From an uncultured SAR86 cluster bacterium (GTDB lineage: Bacteria > Pseudomonadota > Gammaproteobacteria > Magnimaribacterales > AG-339-G14): a stretch of DNA of 64,000 bases. A program made the translations under genes and the position numbers. The notes below the pieces were generated by a model. That model searched no databases and was not told the DNA's origin. It was given only the letters and a program-made list of their open reading frames with translations. This document shows, one piece after another, positions 11,374-22,463 of this stretch (the first letter of the stretch is position 1; each line of letters starts with the position of its first letter). The DNA lies in NCBI GenBank assembly GCA_902524805.1, contig CABZES010000005.1, positions 24,121-88,120 of the forward strand, in the 5' to 3' direction.

Positions 11374-14169
11374 ATGCCTCTAAATAAGTATTTATTTTTA
11401 AAACTATTATTTTTTATCAATGCATCTTTTATCTTTACTCAAGATTTTAAAGAGGAAGTAATTGTTACCGGATCATTAAACTCAAAATTAGAAGTAACTA
11501 ACTCAGTATTAGAATTTAGCGAATTAGATTTAAAAAAAAGTGGGGTCTTTAGGATAGAGGATTTTTTAAATGAACTTCCTATTATTGATCCTTCTAATTC
11601 ATCTTTGCAATCAAACAACTCTATAGGCATATCAACAATAAGCATCAGAGGGCTAGGAAGTGATAGATCTCTAATCTTAGTTGATGGCACGCGAATAGCA
11701 CCTGGCACTTCTTTTAATGGAAAAAATGAGCAAGATTTAAATGATATTCCTTTAGAGCTCATAAAAAAAGTTGAGGTACTAACAGGAGGTAAGACAACTA
11801 TCTATGGATCGGATGCCATTGGAGGCGTTGTAAATTTCATCTTAGATGACAGTTTTTCTGGAACTAAACTCTCAATGCACCAAGGCGGTTATCAACATAG
11901 AAATAATAATACTGCCATTCGTAAATTAATTTCATCTCAAGGCTTGAATAATCCAGAAGAAAATAAGTTCGATGGAGGAAATTCTTCCTATTCTTTTACT
12001 TCTGGAAATAAGACTGAATTTTCTAATATTATTTTTCATGCATCTTATAAAAGAAACTCAGACATTAAATGGGGAGATAGAGATATAGGTAGCTGCAGAT
12101 GGAAAAATGGAAACTCTGTTTGTTCCTTAAGCAGCTCGACATATGCAACTAGGTTTTTGCCATTATCTGTTCATGGAAGTGGTGGTTATATATCAGACAG
12201 TGGATTTAATTCATCTTCTCAGAAATACAATTTTGGACCAGATAATTTCTTACAAAGACCTGAAAAAAAAATAGATGTAGCACTATTATTTAAATATAAA
12301 ATTAACGAAGAACATAACCTCAAAATAAACTTTTTCAATACTTCTAAAACCAGTTTAGCTCAAATTGGAGCGCCTTTAATTTCAGGTAAAATCTTAGAAA
12401 TACCTTGTACCAATCCTTATTTTGTTCAATCTTCTACGTTAACGTGTGGCGCCTCTAACAACTCAGTGACAGCGACTATTTTTAGAAGATTCACCGAAGC
12501 AAATGTTTATAGAACTCAAGAGTTTAAAAATAAGTCATTCAAGACCAATATTAAGTTTGATGGAAACATAATTAAAGATACTTCGTACAGCCTAGTTATT
12601 CAAAATAATCACAAATCATTAGATTATAAATATCTCAACGATTTATCCTTATCAAAAATAAAAAATGCTCTTAACATAAGCTCTTCAGGTGAGTGTTTGG
12701 TTGGAGGAAATTGCAAGCCATTAAACATCTTTACAAATAGTAAAATTTTACAAAATAATATTTCTGAAGGAATAACTAAAGATGCCTTTGAATATATAAG
12801 AAAGGATTTAAACCTAATCGGAGAGCAATCTGATAATTTAATAAATCTTTCACTTTTTAAAAACTTTTCATACAAAAATAATTCAATTAAAAATATTAAA
12901 GTTGCATCTGGTTTTGAACGAAGAGAACTAAAATCAATAAAAACTCCTATTTCTAACTTTTCGGATGGAGTAGGGCAACAATATTTTCATTCGCAACATC
13001 ACATAACCAATCAGGTGAACCAAATTTTTGTTCAAGCCGAATTTGAATTTGTAAATAATTTTGATCTTATTACAAGTTTTAGGAACTCAAATTATTCATT
13101 TGTTAATGATGACCTTACTTATGATATGGGATTTAAATTTCCTTTTAATGATTCTTTTAGTATTAAAGGCTCGCACCAAAAATCATCCAGAGCACCAAAT
13201 TTCCATGAGTTATTTGTAGATGAAAAAAGACTAAGACTCCTAATCAGGCGAGATCCTTGTAATGGAAGCAATCCTACATATACTCTAGCTCAATGCCAGC
13301 TTTTAGGTTTGGATTCATCTTTGTATGGAAGTGTAAGAAACGAAGCTCAGCTTTTTATCAAAGATAAAGGCAATATCGATCTTAAATCTGAAGAAGCTTT
13401 TTCTAACTCATTATCTCTTGAATATCGAGACAAACAATTTAACTCTGAAATTACCTTCTATGAAATAAAGATGTCCAATCAGATATCTCAAATTGAATTC
13501 GATTCAATTTTAACCCGTTGTGTAGATAGTCTTGATGCTTCAAGCGAGTGGTGCGGATACATCAATCGCGCCTTGGATGGAACTTTTTCCTCCAGTGGAG
13601 GTTTTATCTCTTCTCCTTTTTATAATATTTCATCTTTCAAGACCGAAGGCGTAGATTTTAAAATTAATTTTTCAATAGATTCAAGATTTGGGGAAATAGA
13701 AATTAATAACTTCATTAATATTTTATTGAAAAAGACTTATCAAGAGTCACTTAAAGAAGAGGAAAGAAATTGTAAGGGATTTTATTTGTTAGGTAATAGC
13801 GATGGTCTTTGTTATCAGCCTTCACCAAAATTTCAAAATGTTTTAAATATATCTATAAAAAGACCTACCTTTGGATATGACAGTGAATATAACTTAAATT
13901 ATAGATATATCGATTCCGTAAAAGGTTACCTTTATCAAAATACTTCTAACAATATTTCATTTAAGGAAATGGAATATTTTGATTTAAATTTAAATTTGTC
14001 TCTTGAAGATGATTTAGATATATATTTAGGAATAAATAATCTTTTGGATAGCGATCCGCCCATAAACGGAGATATAGGATATGTTCCTGGAAACGCTAAT
14101 ACCTTTCCATCTTTTTATGATCCTTTAGGAAGATACTTATTTTTAAAATTTTCCAAAAAAATTAACTAA
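11374..14169 (+). CDS. TonB-dependent outer-membrane receptor
   Basis: 931 aa with signal peptide, plug-domain motifs ([46 protein letters not shown]) and a long beta-barrel with many Cys pairs. Confidence 0.85.
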   Translation: MPLNKYLFLKLLFFINASFIFTQDFKEEVIVTGSLNSKLEVTNSVLEFSELDLKKSGVFRIEDFLNELPIIDPSNSSLQSNNSIGISTISIRGLGSDRSLILVDGTRIAPGTSFNGKNEQDLNDIPLELIKKVEVLTGGKTTIYGSDAIGGVVNFILDDSFSGTKLSMHQGGYQHRNNNTAIRKLISSQGLNNPEENKFDGGNSSYSFTSGNKTEFSNIIFHASYKRNSDIKWGDRDIGSCRWKNGNSVCSLSSSTYATRFLPLSVHGSGGYISDSGFNSSSQKYNFGPDNFLQRPEKKIDVALLFKYKINEEHNLKINFFNTSKTSLAQIGAPLISGKILEIPCTNPYFVQSSTLTCGASNNSVTATIFRRFTEANVYRTQEFKNKSFKTNIKFDGNIIKDTSYSLVIQNNHKSLDYKYLNDLSLSKIKNALNISSSGECLVGGNCKPLNIFTNSKILQNNISEGITKDAFEYIRKDLNLIGEQSDNLINLSLFKNFSYKNNSIKNIKVASGFERRELKSIKTPISNFSDGVGQQYFHSQHHITNQVNQIFVQAEFEFVNNFDLITSFRNSNYSFVNDDLTYDMGFKFPFNDSFSIKGSHQKSSRAPNFHELFVDEKRLRLLIRRDPCNGSNPTYTLAQCQLLGLDSSLYGSVRNEAQLFIKDKGNIDLKSEEAFSNSLSLEYRDKQFNSEITFYEIKMSNQISQIEFDSILTRCVDSLDASSEWCGYINRALDGTFSSSGGFISSPFYNISSFKTEGVDFKINFSIDSRFGEIEINNFINILLKKTYQESLKEEERNCKGFYLLGNSDGLCYQPSPKFQNVLNISIKRPTFGYDSEYNLNYRYIDSVKGYLYQNTSNNISFKEMEYFDLNLNLSLEDDLDIYLGINNLLDSDPPINGDIGYVPGNANTFPSFYDPLGRYLFLKFSKKIN

Positions 14170-14170
14170 A

Positions 14171-15088
14171 ATGAACTTACTTGTTATTGACATTGGCGGC
14201 ACAAATATTCGTTATTTAGAGATATTTAGAGGCAAGAAGAATAAAATAATAAAAGAAAAAATTTCATCGACATCGATATTTCTTAATTTACTAAATGAGG
14301 TTATATCCAATTGTCTTAATCCAATTGATAATTTAGTTATTTCCGCTGCCGGTCCTAAAAGTAATAATTCAATTAAAATGACGAATCAAAAATTTAAGAT
14401 TGATTCACAAATAATAAAAAAAAAGTTTAATCTTAAAAACTGTTTTCTTTTAAATGATTTAGAAGCTGCAGGCTATATCTTGCATAAAATATCTAGGGAT
14501 AATAAAAAAATAATTAAAAAAGGAAAAAAAACTAATTCAGCCCAAATTTTAATTACACCAGGAACGGGCTTAGGTTTATCCTTTGTAATTGATAATAAGA
14601 TTGTAATACCTTCTGAAATAGGAAATTCAAAAATTTTAATCTCTGACATAATAAACAAGAATAAAAAATTTAGTTATTCAAATTTTTTAAAAATAGAAGA
14701 TTTTCTTTCTGGTCCTGGATTATCAAAAATTTACAAAAGTTTCTATAAAAAAGATATTTCTTCAAGTGAAGTGGTTTCGCAAGGCTTGAATAATAATCCT
14801 AAGGCGTTAAAAGCCATTAAAGTTTTTTTAGAAATATTAGCTAAATTTTTAGCAGAAATTTCTCTTGTTTACGTCCCAGGGAACGGTATATTTTTATCAG
14901 GTAGTCTTTTGAGATCATTAAAAAACTTTATTGACAATAATAAGTTTGAGGATATTTTTTTAAAACAAGTTAACAAAACTCACAGAAAACTACTTGAATC
15001 AATTGAAATAAATTTTATTGATAAAGAACATCTTTCTATTCATGGATGTATTGAATATTTTAATTTAACTCAGAAAGATTTAGGTTAA
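14171..15088 (+). CDS. glk: Glucokinase-family sugar kinase
   Basis: 305 aa with IDIGGTNIR phosphate-1 motif, PGTGLG and LSGPGLSKIY, aligning by eye to E. coli Glk. Starts 1 nt after the receptor stop. Confidence 0.78.
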   Translation: MNLLVIDIGGTNIRYLEIFRGKKNKIIKEKISSTSIFLNLLNEVISNCLNPIDNLVISAAGPKSNNSIKMTNQKFKIDSQIIKKKFNLKNCFLLNDLEAAGYILHKISRDNKKIIKKGKKTNSAQILITPGTGLGLSFVIDNKIVIPSEIGNSKILISDIINKNKKFSYSNFLKIEDFLSGPGLSKIYKSFYKKDISSSEVVSQGLNNNPKALKAIKVFLEILAKFLAEISLVYVPGNGIFLSGSLLRSLKNFIDNNKFEDIFLKQVNKTHRKLLESIEINFIDKEHLSIHGCIEYFNLTQKDLG

Positions 15089-16472
15089 GTACTTCTCCCG
15101 GATAAATTAAACCTGCATCTTCGATTTCATTCCACTTTAAAATCCAGTCTTTATCTATTCCAAATTTAATGGCAATTTTACTAATAGTGTCTCCATTTTT
15201 AACTGGATATGAAATATCATTAAAATTTGCCTTTACAATTTTTTTTGGTTTTAAATATTTTGGATAAATTAATATTTTTGTTCCTGTTAAAAGAAAGTTT
15301 GAAGGATTAAGTCCATTCCAAATTGTTAAGTCTCTTATTGTGACATTAAATTTTTTTGAAATAGACCAAAGGCTATCACCTGATTTTACATAATATATAT
15401 CTGGACGATTTAAATAATCTTTAATCCAACTTGGCCCTCTTGGAACAAACAGCTCTTCATTTTCGTAAATTAAATTATCATCTAATCCATTTATTTCTTT
15501 AAGCAACTCATAATCGATCATATAAGAATCAGAAATCGAAGAAAGGGTGTCACCTTTCTGCACTAAATATTTATCCCACTGAACTAAATCAGAAGGATCA
15601 ATATCTTTTAGTACTATTTGAAACCTATCTGCTATTCCAACTGGTAAAAGAATTCTAAAAGGACCGCTGGGATCTGTTGCCCATTGATTAAAACCTGGAT
15701 TAAGCTCATAAATAACTTCAAGCTTTAAACCCGATAAGTTAGCAATTTGCATTAAGTCTACTTGGGAAGGTAAATCTACAACTCTGAAATAAGGTCTATT
15801 TGCTAGATAAGGAAGTTCGATATTAAAAGACTTTGGATTCCTTACGACTTCTGCTAAAGCTAATATTTTTGGAACATATGATTTTGTTTCTTTTGGCAGA
15901 TTAAGCGACCAAAAATCAGTTGGAAGGCCTTTCTCTTTATTTTTTCTAATTTCTTTTCTGACTCTTGAGGGCCCAGCGTTATAGGCGGCAATTGCTACCA
16001 ACCAGTCATCGTGCTCTTCATTTAATTTAACCAAGAAATTATAAGCAGCATTTGTAGAAGCAACGATATCTCGTCTGGCGTCGTACCACCAATTTTTTTT
16101 AAGACCATTTTCTAAAGCAGTAGATGGAATAAACTGCCAAATTCCTGAAGCGCCAGTTGAAGATTGAGCATAAGGATCAAATTGACTTTCAACAAATGGG
16201 ATTAAACTCAACTCAACGGGCAGATCTCTTTTTAATGCTTCCTGAACAGTATAAAAAAGGTACCTTTGTCCATTTTTCGATAATCTATTTATTAAGTATT
16301 GATGAGAATCATATTTCTTTAAAGCTTCAATTATTTGAGGCTTAGTATTGTCATAGTCTAATTTACTATTTGTTCTAATTTCTTCCCAAAGACTTGGACC
16401 GTTACGACCATTTTGAGAAATTGAATTCATGCTAAAAAATAGTAATAAAAAATATAATGTTAGTTTCTTCAT
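15060..16472 (-). CDS. mltD: Membrane-bound lytic murein transglycosylase D (SLT domain plus LysM repeats)
   Basis: Signal peptide, SLT catalytic region ESQFDP...SGASGIWQFIPSTA, and three LysM-like repeats (YLVQKGDTLSSIS, YYVKSGDSLWSIS, YPVKNGDTISKIA). Adjacent to gloB as in E. coli. Confidence 0.88.
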   Translation of the reverse strand: MKKLTLYFLLLFFSMNSISQNGRNGPSLWEEIRTNSKLDYDNTKPQIIEALKKYDSHQYLINRLSKNGQRYLFYTVQEALKRDLPVELSLIPFVESQFDPYAQSSTGASGIWQFIPSTALENGLKKNWWYDARRDIVASTNAAYNFLVKLNEEHDDWLVAIAAYNAGPSRVRKEIRKNKEKGLPTDFWSLNLPKETKSYVPKILALAEVVRNPKSFNIELPYLANRPYFRVVDLPSQVDLMQIANLSGLKLEVIYELNPGFNQWATDPSGPFRILLPVGIADRFQIVLKDIDPSDLVQWDKYLVQKGDTLSSISDSYMIDYELLKEINGLDDNLIYENEELFVPRGPSWIKDYLNRPDIYYVKSGDSLWSISKKFNVTIRDLTIWNGLNPSNFLLTGTKILIYPKYLKPKKIVKANFNDISYPVKNGDTISKIAIKFGIDKDWILKWNEIEDAGLIYPGEVLNLNLSELN

Positions 16473-16475
16473 ACT

Positions 16476-17261
16476 TTAAAAGGAGTCTTTCATAGATCTA
16501 ATGGTTGCTAAACTTTCGATTGAGTTAGATATCTTTCCATTAATGAATTGTTCTGAATTTTTTAAAATTTCTTTATTATTTAATAAAAAAAATGGATTTA
16601 TTTTTTTCTCTAAGCCAATATTAGAAGGTAGGGTAATTTCAGAATTAGTCCGCAATTCATCAATTTTCTTCGAATATTTTATTAAATCAACATTGCTTGG
16701 ATTAACTGATAAAGCAAACTTTAAATTGCTTTGAGTATATTCGTGAGCACAAAAAACTAGTGTCTCTTCAGGAAGCGAGATAAATTTATTTAATGAGGAA
16801 AACATATCTTCCGCAGTACCTTCAAATAATCTTCCGCATCCACCAGAAAACAATGTATCGCCACAAAATAAGTAAGATCCTTTATCGCTAGAATGGAAAT
16901 AAGCTATATGATCAAGAGTATGTCCAGGTGTTTCAAATATTTTGAATTTTAAATTGAAGATAGTGATTTCATCTCCCTCAGACATTTTACTGGTTAAGCC
17001 TTCTATATGATCTCCTGTTGGACCATAAACTGGACAATCATGTTTTTTAGCTAAAGCAAGCATCCCTCCAGTATGATCAAAATGATGATGAGTAATTAAA
17101 ATACTTTCTAGGTCTAAATTATTTGATTTTAAAAAATCAAATACTGGGGAAGAGTCCCCTGGATCAACCACAACACAGGAATTTCCATATACAATTGCCC
17201 ATATATAATTATCTGTAAAGGCAGGTAATGGAATAATCTTTAACATACGTGATTTTAACAT
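16476..17261 (-). CDS. gloB: Hydroxyacylglutathione hydrolase (glyoxalase II)
   Basis: MBL motif THHHFDHTGG. N-terminus IPLPAFTDNYIW is like E. coli GloB, with an alternative start ATG at 17246. Confidence 0.9.
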   Translation of the reverse strand: MLKSRMLKIIPLPAFTDNYIWAIVYGNSCVVVDPGDSSPVFDFLKSNNLDLESILITHHHFDHTGGMLALAKKHDCPVYGPTGDHIEGLTSKMSEGDEITIFNLKFKIFETPGHTLDHIAYFHSSDKGSYLFCGDTLFSGGCGRLFEGTAEDMFSSLNKFISLPEETLVFCAHEYTQSNLKFALSVNPSNVDLIKYSKKIDELRTNSEITLPSNIGLEKKINPFFLLNNKEILKNSEQFINGKISNSIESLATIRSMKDSF

Positions 17262-17291
17262 TTGAAAATCTTTAAGATAAGTTTTTAATCA

Positions 17292-17723
17292 ATGGAAATT
17301 ATAAAAATTTACACTGACGGAGCATGCAGAGGAAACCCAGGAAACGGAGGATGGGGCGTGTATATTTTAAATGGAGAAAAAAGAGAGAAAATTTTTGGAG
17401 GAAAAACAGTTACAACTAACAATGAAATGGAATTAACTGCCTCAATAAAAGGATTAGAATATTTTAGTAATTCTTCAAAAATTGAATTATTTACCGATTC
17501 TAAGTATGTCATGGATGGTATTACTTCTTGGATTCATAATTGGAAAAAAAATGGTTGGAAAACGGCAAGCAATAAGCCTGTTAAAAACTCCTCTTTATGG
17601 ACTGAATTGGATAAATTGAATTCTTTTCATGACGTGAATTGGCATTGGGTTAAAGGACACAGCGGTGATGAGGGCAATGACATGGCAGATAAGTTAGCAA
17701 ATCAAGGCATAGATAATTTATAA
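17292..17723 (+). CDS. rnhA: Ribonuclease HI
   Basis: 143 aa with IYTDGACRGNPGNGGWG, TNNEMEL and WVKGHSG...N..AD. Confidence 0.95.
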   Translation: MEIIKIYTDGACRGNPGNGGWGVYILNGEKREKIFGGKTVTTNNEMELTASIKGLEYFSNSSKIELFTDSKYVMDGITSWIHNWKKNGWKTASNKPVKNSSLWTELDKLNSFHDVNWHWVKGHSGDEGNDMADKLANQGIDNL

Positions 17724-17724
17724 A

Positions 17725-18399
17725 ATGAAACAAATTATTTTAGATACAGAAACTACGGGCTTAGATATTCAATCTGGTAATAGAGTAATTGAAATTGGAT
17801 GTGTTGAAATTATAGATAGAAAATTTACTGGTCGAGAATTTCATACTTTTTTGAATCCTGAAAGACCAGTAGAGCCCGGAGCTTTTAAAGTGCATGGTCG
17901 TTCAAATGACTTTCTATCAGATAAGCCAATTTTTAAGGATGTTTACATAGATTTTCTAAACTTTATAAAAGAATCTGAGCTTTTAATCCACAATGCAGAT
18001 TTCGATGTTAGTTTTTTGAATAACGAATTTAAATTATCAGAATTACCCAATCTGATTGAAGAGCATGTTAATGACATAGTCGATACTTTAGGTATGGCAA
18101 GACAACTCCATCCTGGGCAAAGAAACAGTCTTGATGTCTTGACCGATCGCTATAATATCCAAGGATATGATAGGAGTTATCATGGCGCTTTATTAGATTC
18201 TAAAATCTTAGGCGAAGTTTATTTGGCCATGACAGGCGGACAAACAAAATTAAATTTTAACGAAGCCATTGAAAAGAAAGAATTATTATTGAAAGAAGAT
18301 TTTAAAAATAATTCGATTTCATTAACAAAAGTAGCTGTGTCTCAAGAAGAAGAAAAAAGTCACCAAGAATATTTAAACAAAATTAAAATACAAAATTGA
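17725..18399 (+). CDS. dnaQ: DNA polymerase III epsilon subunit (3'-5' proofreading exonuclease)
   Basis: Exo motifs ILDTETTG, HNADFDVSFL and HGALLDSKIL. rnhA-dnaQ adjacency. Confidence 0.93.
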   Translation: MKQIILDTETTGLDIQSGNRVIEIGCVEIIDRKFTGREFHTFLNPERPVEPGAFKVHGRSNDFLSDKPIFKDVYIDFLNFIKESELLIHNADFDVSFLNNEFKLSELPNLIEEHVNDIVDTLGMARQLHPGQRNSLDVLTDRYNIQGYDRSYHGALLDSKILGEVYLAMTGGQTKLNFNEAIEKKELLLKEDFKNNSISLTKVAVSQEEEKSHQEYLNKIKIQN

Positions 18400-19772
18400 A
18401 AGAAGAAATAACAAGATTTGCTCCTAGTCCGACTGGACATTTGCATTTGGGAGGCGCAAGAACCGCTTTATTTTCTTGGCTTTTTGCAAGGAATAAAAAT
18501 GGGAAATTTTTATTAAGATTTGAAGATACAGACAGAGAGAGATCTAAAAAAGAATATGAAGAATCTATTCTTTCAAGTCTCTCTTGGTTGGGTATAGAAC
18601 CTGACGAAAATCCAATATTTCAAAGTAACAATAAAGAGTTGCATCAAGAACTTGCTTTTTCACTTATGGAACAAGGCAAAGCTTATTCTTGCGATTGTTC
18701 TTCAGAACAATTACGAAAAATGAGGGAAGATCAGATTAAGAATAAATTACAACCTCGTTATGATGGATTTAATAGAGACATGAACCTTCCTCATAAAGAA
18801 GGAAACGTTATAAGATTTAAAATGCCTCAATCTGGAAAAACCTTATTTGAAGATAAAATTCTAGGAAATATTTCAGTTGAAAATAAAGAATTAGATGATT
18901 TTATTATCTTAAGAGGAGATGGAAATCCTACCTATAATTTTTGTGCTGCTATAGATGACTTAAATATGAATATTACAACTGTAATAAGGGGGGACGATCA
19001 TATTACAAACACACTCAAGCAAATTAATATATTTAAGTCACTAGAAGCTAAAATTCCGAATTACGCTCATCTTCCAATGGTCTTGTCAAAATCTGGAAAA
19101 AGATTATCAAAAAGAGATGGAGCTATTGATATATCCGATTATCGGAAATCAGGATACTTAAAAGAAACTTTAATTAATTACTTGGTAAAATTAGGATGGT
19201 CTTATTCAGATCAAGAGATTTTTTCTAAGGATGAGTTAATTAATTTATTTTCTTTGGAATCTGTTAATTCGTCACCTGCAAAATTTTCAGAAGAACTAAT
19301 TAATTTTTACAATAATCATTATTTAAATTCTTTAAACATAGAAACTATTTATAAATTAATTGAAGAAGAGTATGAACTTTCATTTGATATTAAATCTAAC
19401 GAGCATTATCTAGAAATACTTAAATTACTTAGAGAAGGAGCAAAGACTGTTTTAGATTTAATTGATCAAATAAGGTTCTTTTATGAAACTCCTGAGTACG
19501 AAGATAAAAGCAAAGAGCTAATTAATTTAGATATAGACACGATAAAGTCTTTTGCTTTATGTATAAAAGATTTAGATTTTAAAAATCTACAAAATTTAGA
19601 GTCAGACATAAAAGACTATCTAACTTCAAATAATTTAAAGTTTCCTCAATTGGGTAAACCTCTGAGAATGATTTTATCAGGAAGAGAAAATGCCCCTTCT
19701 ATTTCACAATTATTATTTTTTCTGGGTGAGCAAGAATCTTGTAGAAGAATTAATTTATTTTTAAATAACTAA
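18396..19772 (+). CDS. gltX: Glutamyl-tRNA synthetase
   Basis: RFAPSPTGHLHLGGART (HIGH) and RLSKRDG (KMSKS). The apparent TTG start overlaps the dnaQ TGA by 4 nt. Confidence 0.94.
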   Translation: MKEEITRFAPSPTGHLHLGGARTALFSWLFARNKNGKFLLRFEDTDRERSKKEYEESILSSLSWLGIEPDENPIFQSNNKELHQELAFSLMEQGKAYSCDCSSEQLRKMREDQIKNKLQPRYDGFNRDMNLPHKEGNVIRFKMPQSGKTLFEDKILGNISVENKELDDFIILRGDGNPTYNFCAAIDDLNMNITTVIRGDDHITNTLKQINIFKSLEAKIPNYAHLPMVLSKSGKRLSKRDGAIDISDYRKSGYLKETLINYLVKLGWSYSDQEIFSKDELINLFSLESVNSSPAKFSEELINFYNNHYLNSLNIETIYKLIEEEYELSFDIKSNEHYLEILKLLREGAKTVLDLIDQIRFFYETPEYEDKSKELINLDIDTIKSFALCIKDLDFKNLQNLESDIKDYLTSNNLKFPQLGKPLRMILSGRENAPSISQLLFFLGEQESCRRINLFLNN

Positions 19773-19792
19773 AAAGTTGTAAGATAATTTAA

Positions 19793-19975
19793 ATGATCGA
19801 TCAAAAATTACTAGATATTTTAATATGTCCAGTTTCAAAGGATTCTCTTATCCTGGTGGGAGAAGAGCTATTTTCTAGGAAGGGAATGTTGGCATATCCT
19901 ATAAGAGACGGCATACCCGTAATGTTAGAAAACGAAGCTAGGAAATTATCTAAAGATGATCTCAAAGGTATTTAA
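19793..19975 (+). CDS. Trm112/YcaR-family small protein (UPF0434)
   Basis: 60 aa with [11 protein letters not shown]...[11 protein letters not shown], characteristic of the Trm112p-like family. Confidence 0.8.
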   Translation: MIDQKLLDILICPVSKDSLILVGEELFSRKGMLAYPIRDGIPVMLENEARKLSKDDLKGI

Positions 19976-21264
19976 TTTTTAGTTTCTGCCATATCTCTCA
20001 AACCCTTCATACTAGCTAAACTAGCATGGTTTAAGATATTCCTGCCCATAGACGAAGATTGTTTTAATGAGAATTTTCTATATATTTCTGAGCGAGCTTC
20101 GTGGGTTTTTTCGTTGTTATGGTCAGCATGAAAAGCTGTCTCTATTAAATGAGCCGCCACTGCATAATTTTCTTGATTAGATTGTTCCAAAGCTTTAGAA
20201 ATAATATTTTCGATACCTCCAGATAACTCAACCCAAGCTTTAGCTTCGGCTTTTCTAGGAGAAGGAAGTAGTCTGTCGTATTCACCATCCCACCATCCTC
20301 CGTATCTTCGCCAAATCATTCTTATTAAGAAATGTGGATCATCATAAATAGGGGTTAACCACGCATGATTCATTAAATTTTCAGGTATTTCTACTTCGTG
20401 TAAAACCTGATTCAAGCTTTTACCTTGATTCATTAATTTTAGCGTTTGATCTTCTATCGTTTTTAAGAAGCTTGAAGTAGTTTCTAGAGCTAATTTAATT
20501 CTTGCTTTTCCTATAATCGGAAATCCATGGCCAGGTAAAAATAATTCACAATCAAGCTTCAGCATTTCATCCAAAGCATCAGCCCAATCCGATATATATC
20601 GTTGAACTTTTTGGGGGTTTCCTCCGTTTGGAACAGCCCAAATAAAAAGATCTCCAGGAGCAATAATTTTTTCCTCAGGAATATGAATCCAAGTATGGTC
20701 ATCTGTTTCACCACGAGCATGATGAAGGTTAAAGGTAAGATTTCCGCATTCAAACGAAATATTATCTCTGTAAGTTATATCTGGATATCGATATTCAGTT
20801 GGCCACTGAAAGTGTGCAACATCAATAGCAAACTGGCGTCGATTAATAGCAGTATTCCAAGCGTTAGTTTTAATATATCTATCAAAATGATCAGGCATTA
20901 ATTCATGGCCATATACTATTGGTTGAGCAATTCCATTTTTTTTATTTTCTTTATCAAAATGCTTAACAGAAAAAATATGATCAACATGATGGTGAGTAAA
21001 GATTACTGATTTTAATGGTGTCTCAGGTCGCCACTTTTTTATTTCCTCGTAACTAGTATCTATATCGAGCTGACTTCCAGCATCAATCATTACTAATCCG
21101 TCGCCGGTATCTACTGCGTAATGACCTGCAATGCCTTTAATTCCTAAAATGTTTGGTTTAATTTCTGTTGAGCCTTGATAAAACATATGAACAGGATGGT
21201 GTTCAAACTGAAGATCTAACTCCCCATTCCAAGCTAGTTCGGCAAGTTCTAGTAAATCTTTCAT
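19972..21264 (-). CDS. MBL-fold hydrolase with alkyl-sulfatase dimerisation region (type III alkylsulfatase-like, short form)
   Basis: 430 aa with metallo-beta-lactamase motif THHHVDH and a downstream [10 protein letters not shown] segment typical of SdsA1/BDS1-like alkylsulfatases. No C-terminal SCP2-like extension. Confidence 0.72.
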   Translation of the reverse strand: MKDLLELAELAWNGELDLQFEHHPVHMFYQGSTEIKPNILGIKGIAGHYAVDTGDGLVMIDAGSQLDIDTSYEEIKKWRPETPLKSVIFTHHHVDHIFSVKHFDKENKKNGIAQPIVYGHELMPDHFDRYIKTNAWNTAINRRQFAIDVAHFQWPTEYRYPDITYRDNISFECGNLTFNLHHARGETDDHTWIHIPEEKIIAPGDLFIWAVPNGGNPQKVQRYISDWADALDEMLKLDCELFLPGHGFPIIGKARIKLALETTSSFLKTIEDQTLKLMNQGKSLNQVLHEVEIPENLMNHAWLTPIYDDPHFLIRMIWRRYGGWWDGEYDRLLPSPRKAEAKAWVELSGGIENIISKALEQSNQENYAVAAHLIETAFHADHNNEKTHEARSEIYRKFSLKQSSSMGRNILNHASLASMKGLRDMAETKN

Positions 21265-21291
21265 ATTTTCTCCGTTTATAATATGTTGTTA

Positions 21292-21316
21292 ATTCTAATT
21301 GATATTTAATTAGAAT
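21292..21316. promoter_or_regulatory. Inverted repeat in a divergent promoter region (candidate operator)
   Basis: ATTCTAATT-gatattt-AATTAGAAT: perfect 9-bp arms extendable to 12 bp with one mismatch. Lies in the 70-bp gap between divergent genes. Confidence 0.3.
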
Positions 21317-21334
21317 AAAAAAAGGGAGAAAAAA

Positions 21335-22459
21335 ATGAATCATAAAAAACCATTAGATGGAATAAAGGTGATAGAAATTTCAACAATTATAACGGCTTCT
21401 TTTTCTGCCATGATGCTTGCAGATCAGGGGGCTGAGGTTATTAAAATTGAACAAACTGGTTTCGGCGATCCTTTGAGATATTTAGGCACGCAAAAGGGCG
21501 GAATTTCAGCAATATTCGCAAATACCAATAGAGGAAAGAGCTCTGTAGAGTTGGATCTAAAAAAGGAAAAAGATTTAGTTTTAGCCAAAAAATTAATTGG
21601 TACTGCGGATGTGCTGATAAATAATTTTAGACCTGGAGTAATGGATTCGCTTGGGCTTGGCAAAGAGGAATGTAAAAAATTAAATAAAGATTTAATCTAT
21701 GTATCTATTTCAGGGTTTGGAAAAGAAGGGATTTTTTCAAGTTCTCCAGCATATGATCCTGTGGTTCAAGCAATGTCAGGAGCAACGGCAATTCAGTCTG
21801 ACGCGGAACAACCAAAATATATCAAAACTTTACTGTGCGACAAAATTACTGCATACACAGCTACACAATCTATATGTTCTGCTTTATTACAAAGAGAAAA
21901 AACTGGTATTGCATCATGTATAGATTTATCAATGCTTGATGCATCTATGTTCTTTCTTTGGCCGGATGGCATGATGAATCAAACTTTATTAGATGAAGAC
22001 GTAGATGTTCTATCACCATTAACCACTGCTTATACGATGTATGAATGCAAAGACGGAGCAATATCTATTGCCGCAATGTTAGATAAACATTGGCATGGTA
22101 TTTTTAAATCCATTGATAAATCAGAATTGATCGATGATCCAAAATTTAGTACGGCTGGAGAGAGAAGCAAGAATTTTGAAGAATTATTAGGATTTGTCTC
22201 TCACTTTAAAAATTACACGGTAAAAGAAATGTATAAAAGACTTACTGATAATGATGTTCCTTGTTCAATCAATTTGACTTTAGAAGAAGCTATAACCAAT
22301 CAACAAGTAATAGATAATAAGTTAATAAAAGAAAAAAATACGACAGTTCAAGGTAATTTAAGAATGATAAGATATCCTGCCATATTTGATGATCAAATAT
22401 ATATAAACGATCAACCTGCACCAACACTTGGCGCAGACAATGAAAAATTATTAAAATAA
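21335..22459 (+). CDS. Family III CoA-transferase (CaiB/BaiF type)
   Basis: 374 aa. N-terminus PLDGIKVIEISTIITASFSAMMLADQGAEVIKIE is the family hallmark. Confidence 0.85.
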   Translation: MNHKKPLDGIKVIEISTIITASFSAMMLADQGAEVIKIEQTGFGDPLRYLGTQKGGISAIFANTNRGKSSVELDLKKEKDLVLAKKLIGTADVLINNFRPGVMDSLGLGKEECKKLNKDLIYVSISGFGKEGIFSSSPAYDPVVQAMSGATAIQSDAEQPKYIKTLLCDKITAYTATQSICSALLQREKTGIASCIDLSMLDASMFFLWPDGMMNQTLLDEDVDVLSPLTTAYTMYECKDGAISIAAMLDKHWHGIFKSIDKSELIDDPKFSTAGERSKNFEELLGFVSHFKNYTVKEMYKRLTDNDVPCSINLTLEEAITNQQVIDNKLIKEKNTTVQGNLRMIRYPAIFDDQIYINDQPAPTLGADNEKLLK

Positions 22460-22463
22460 AGCT

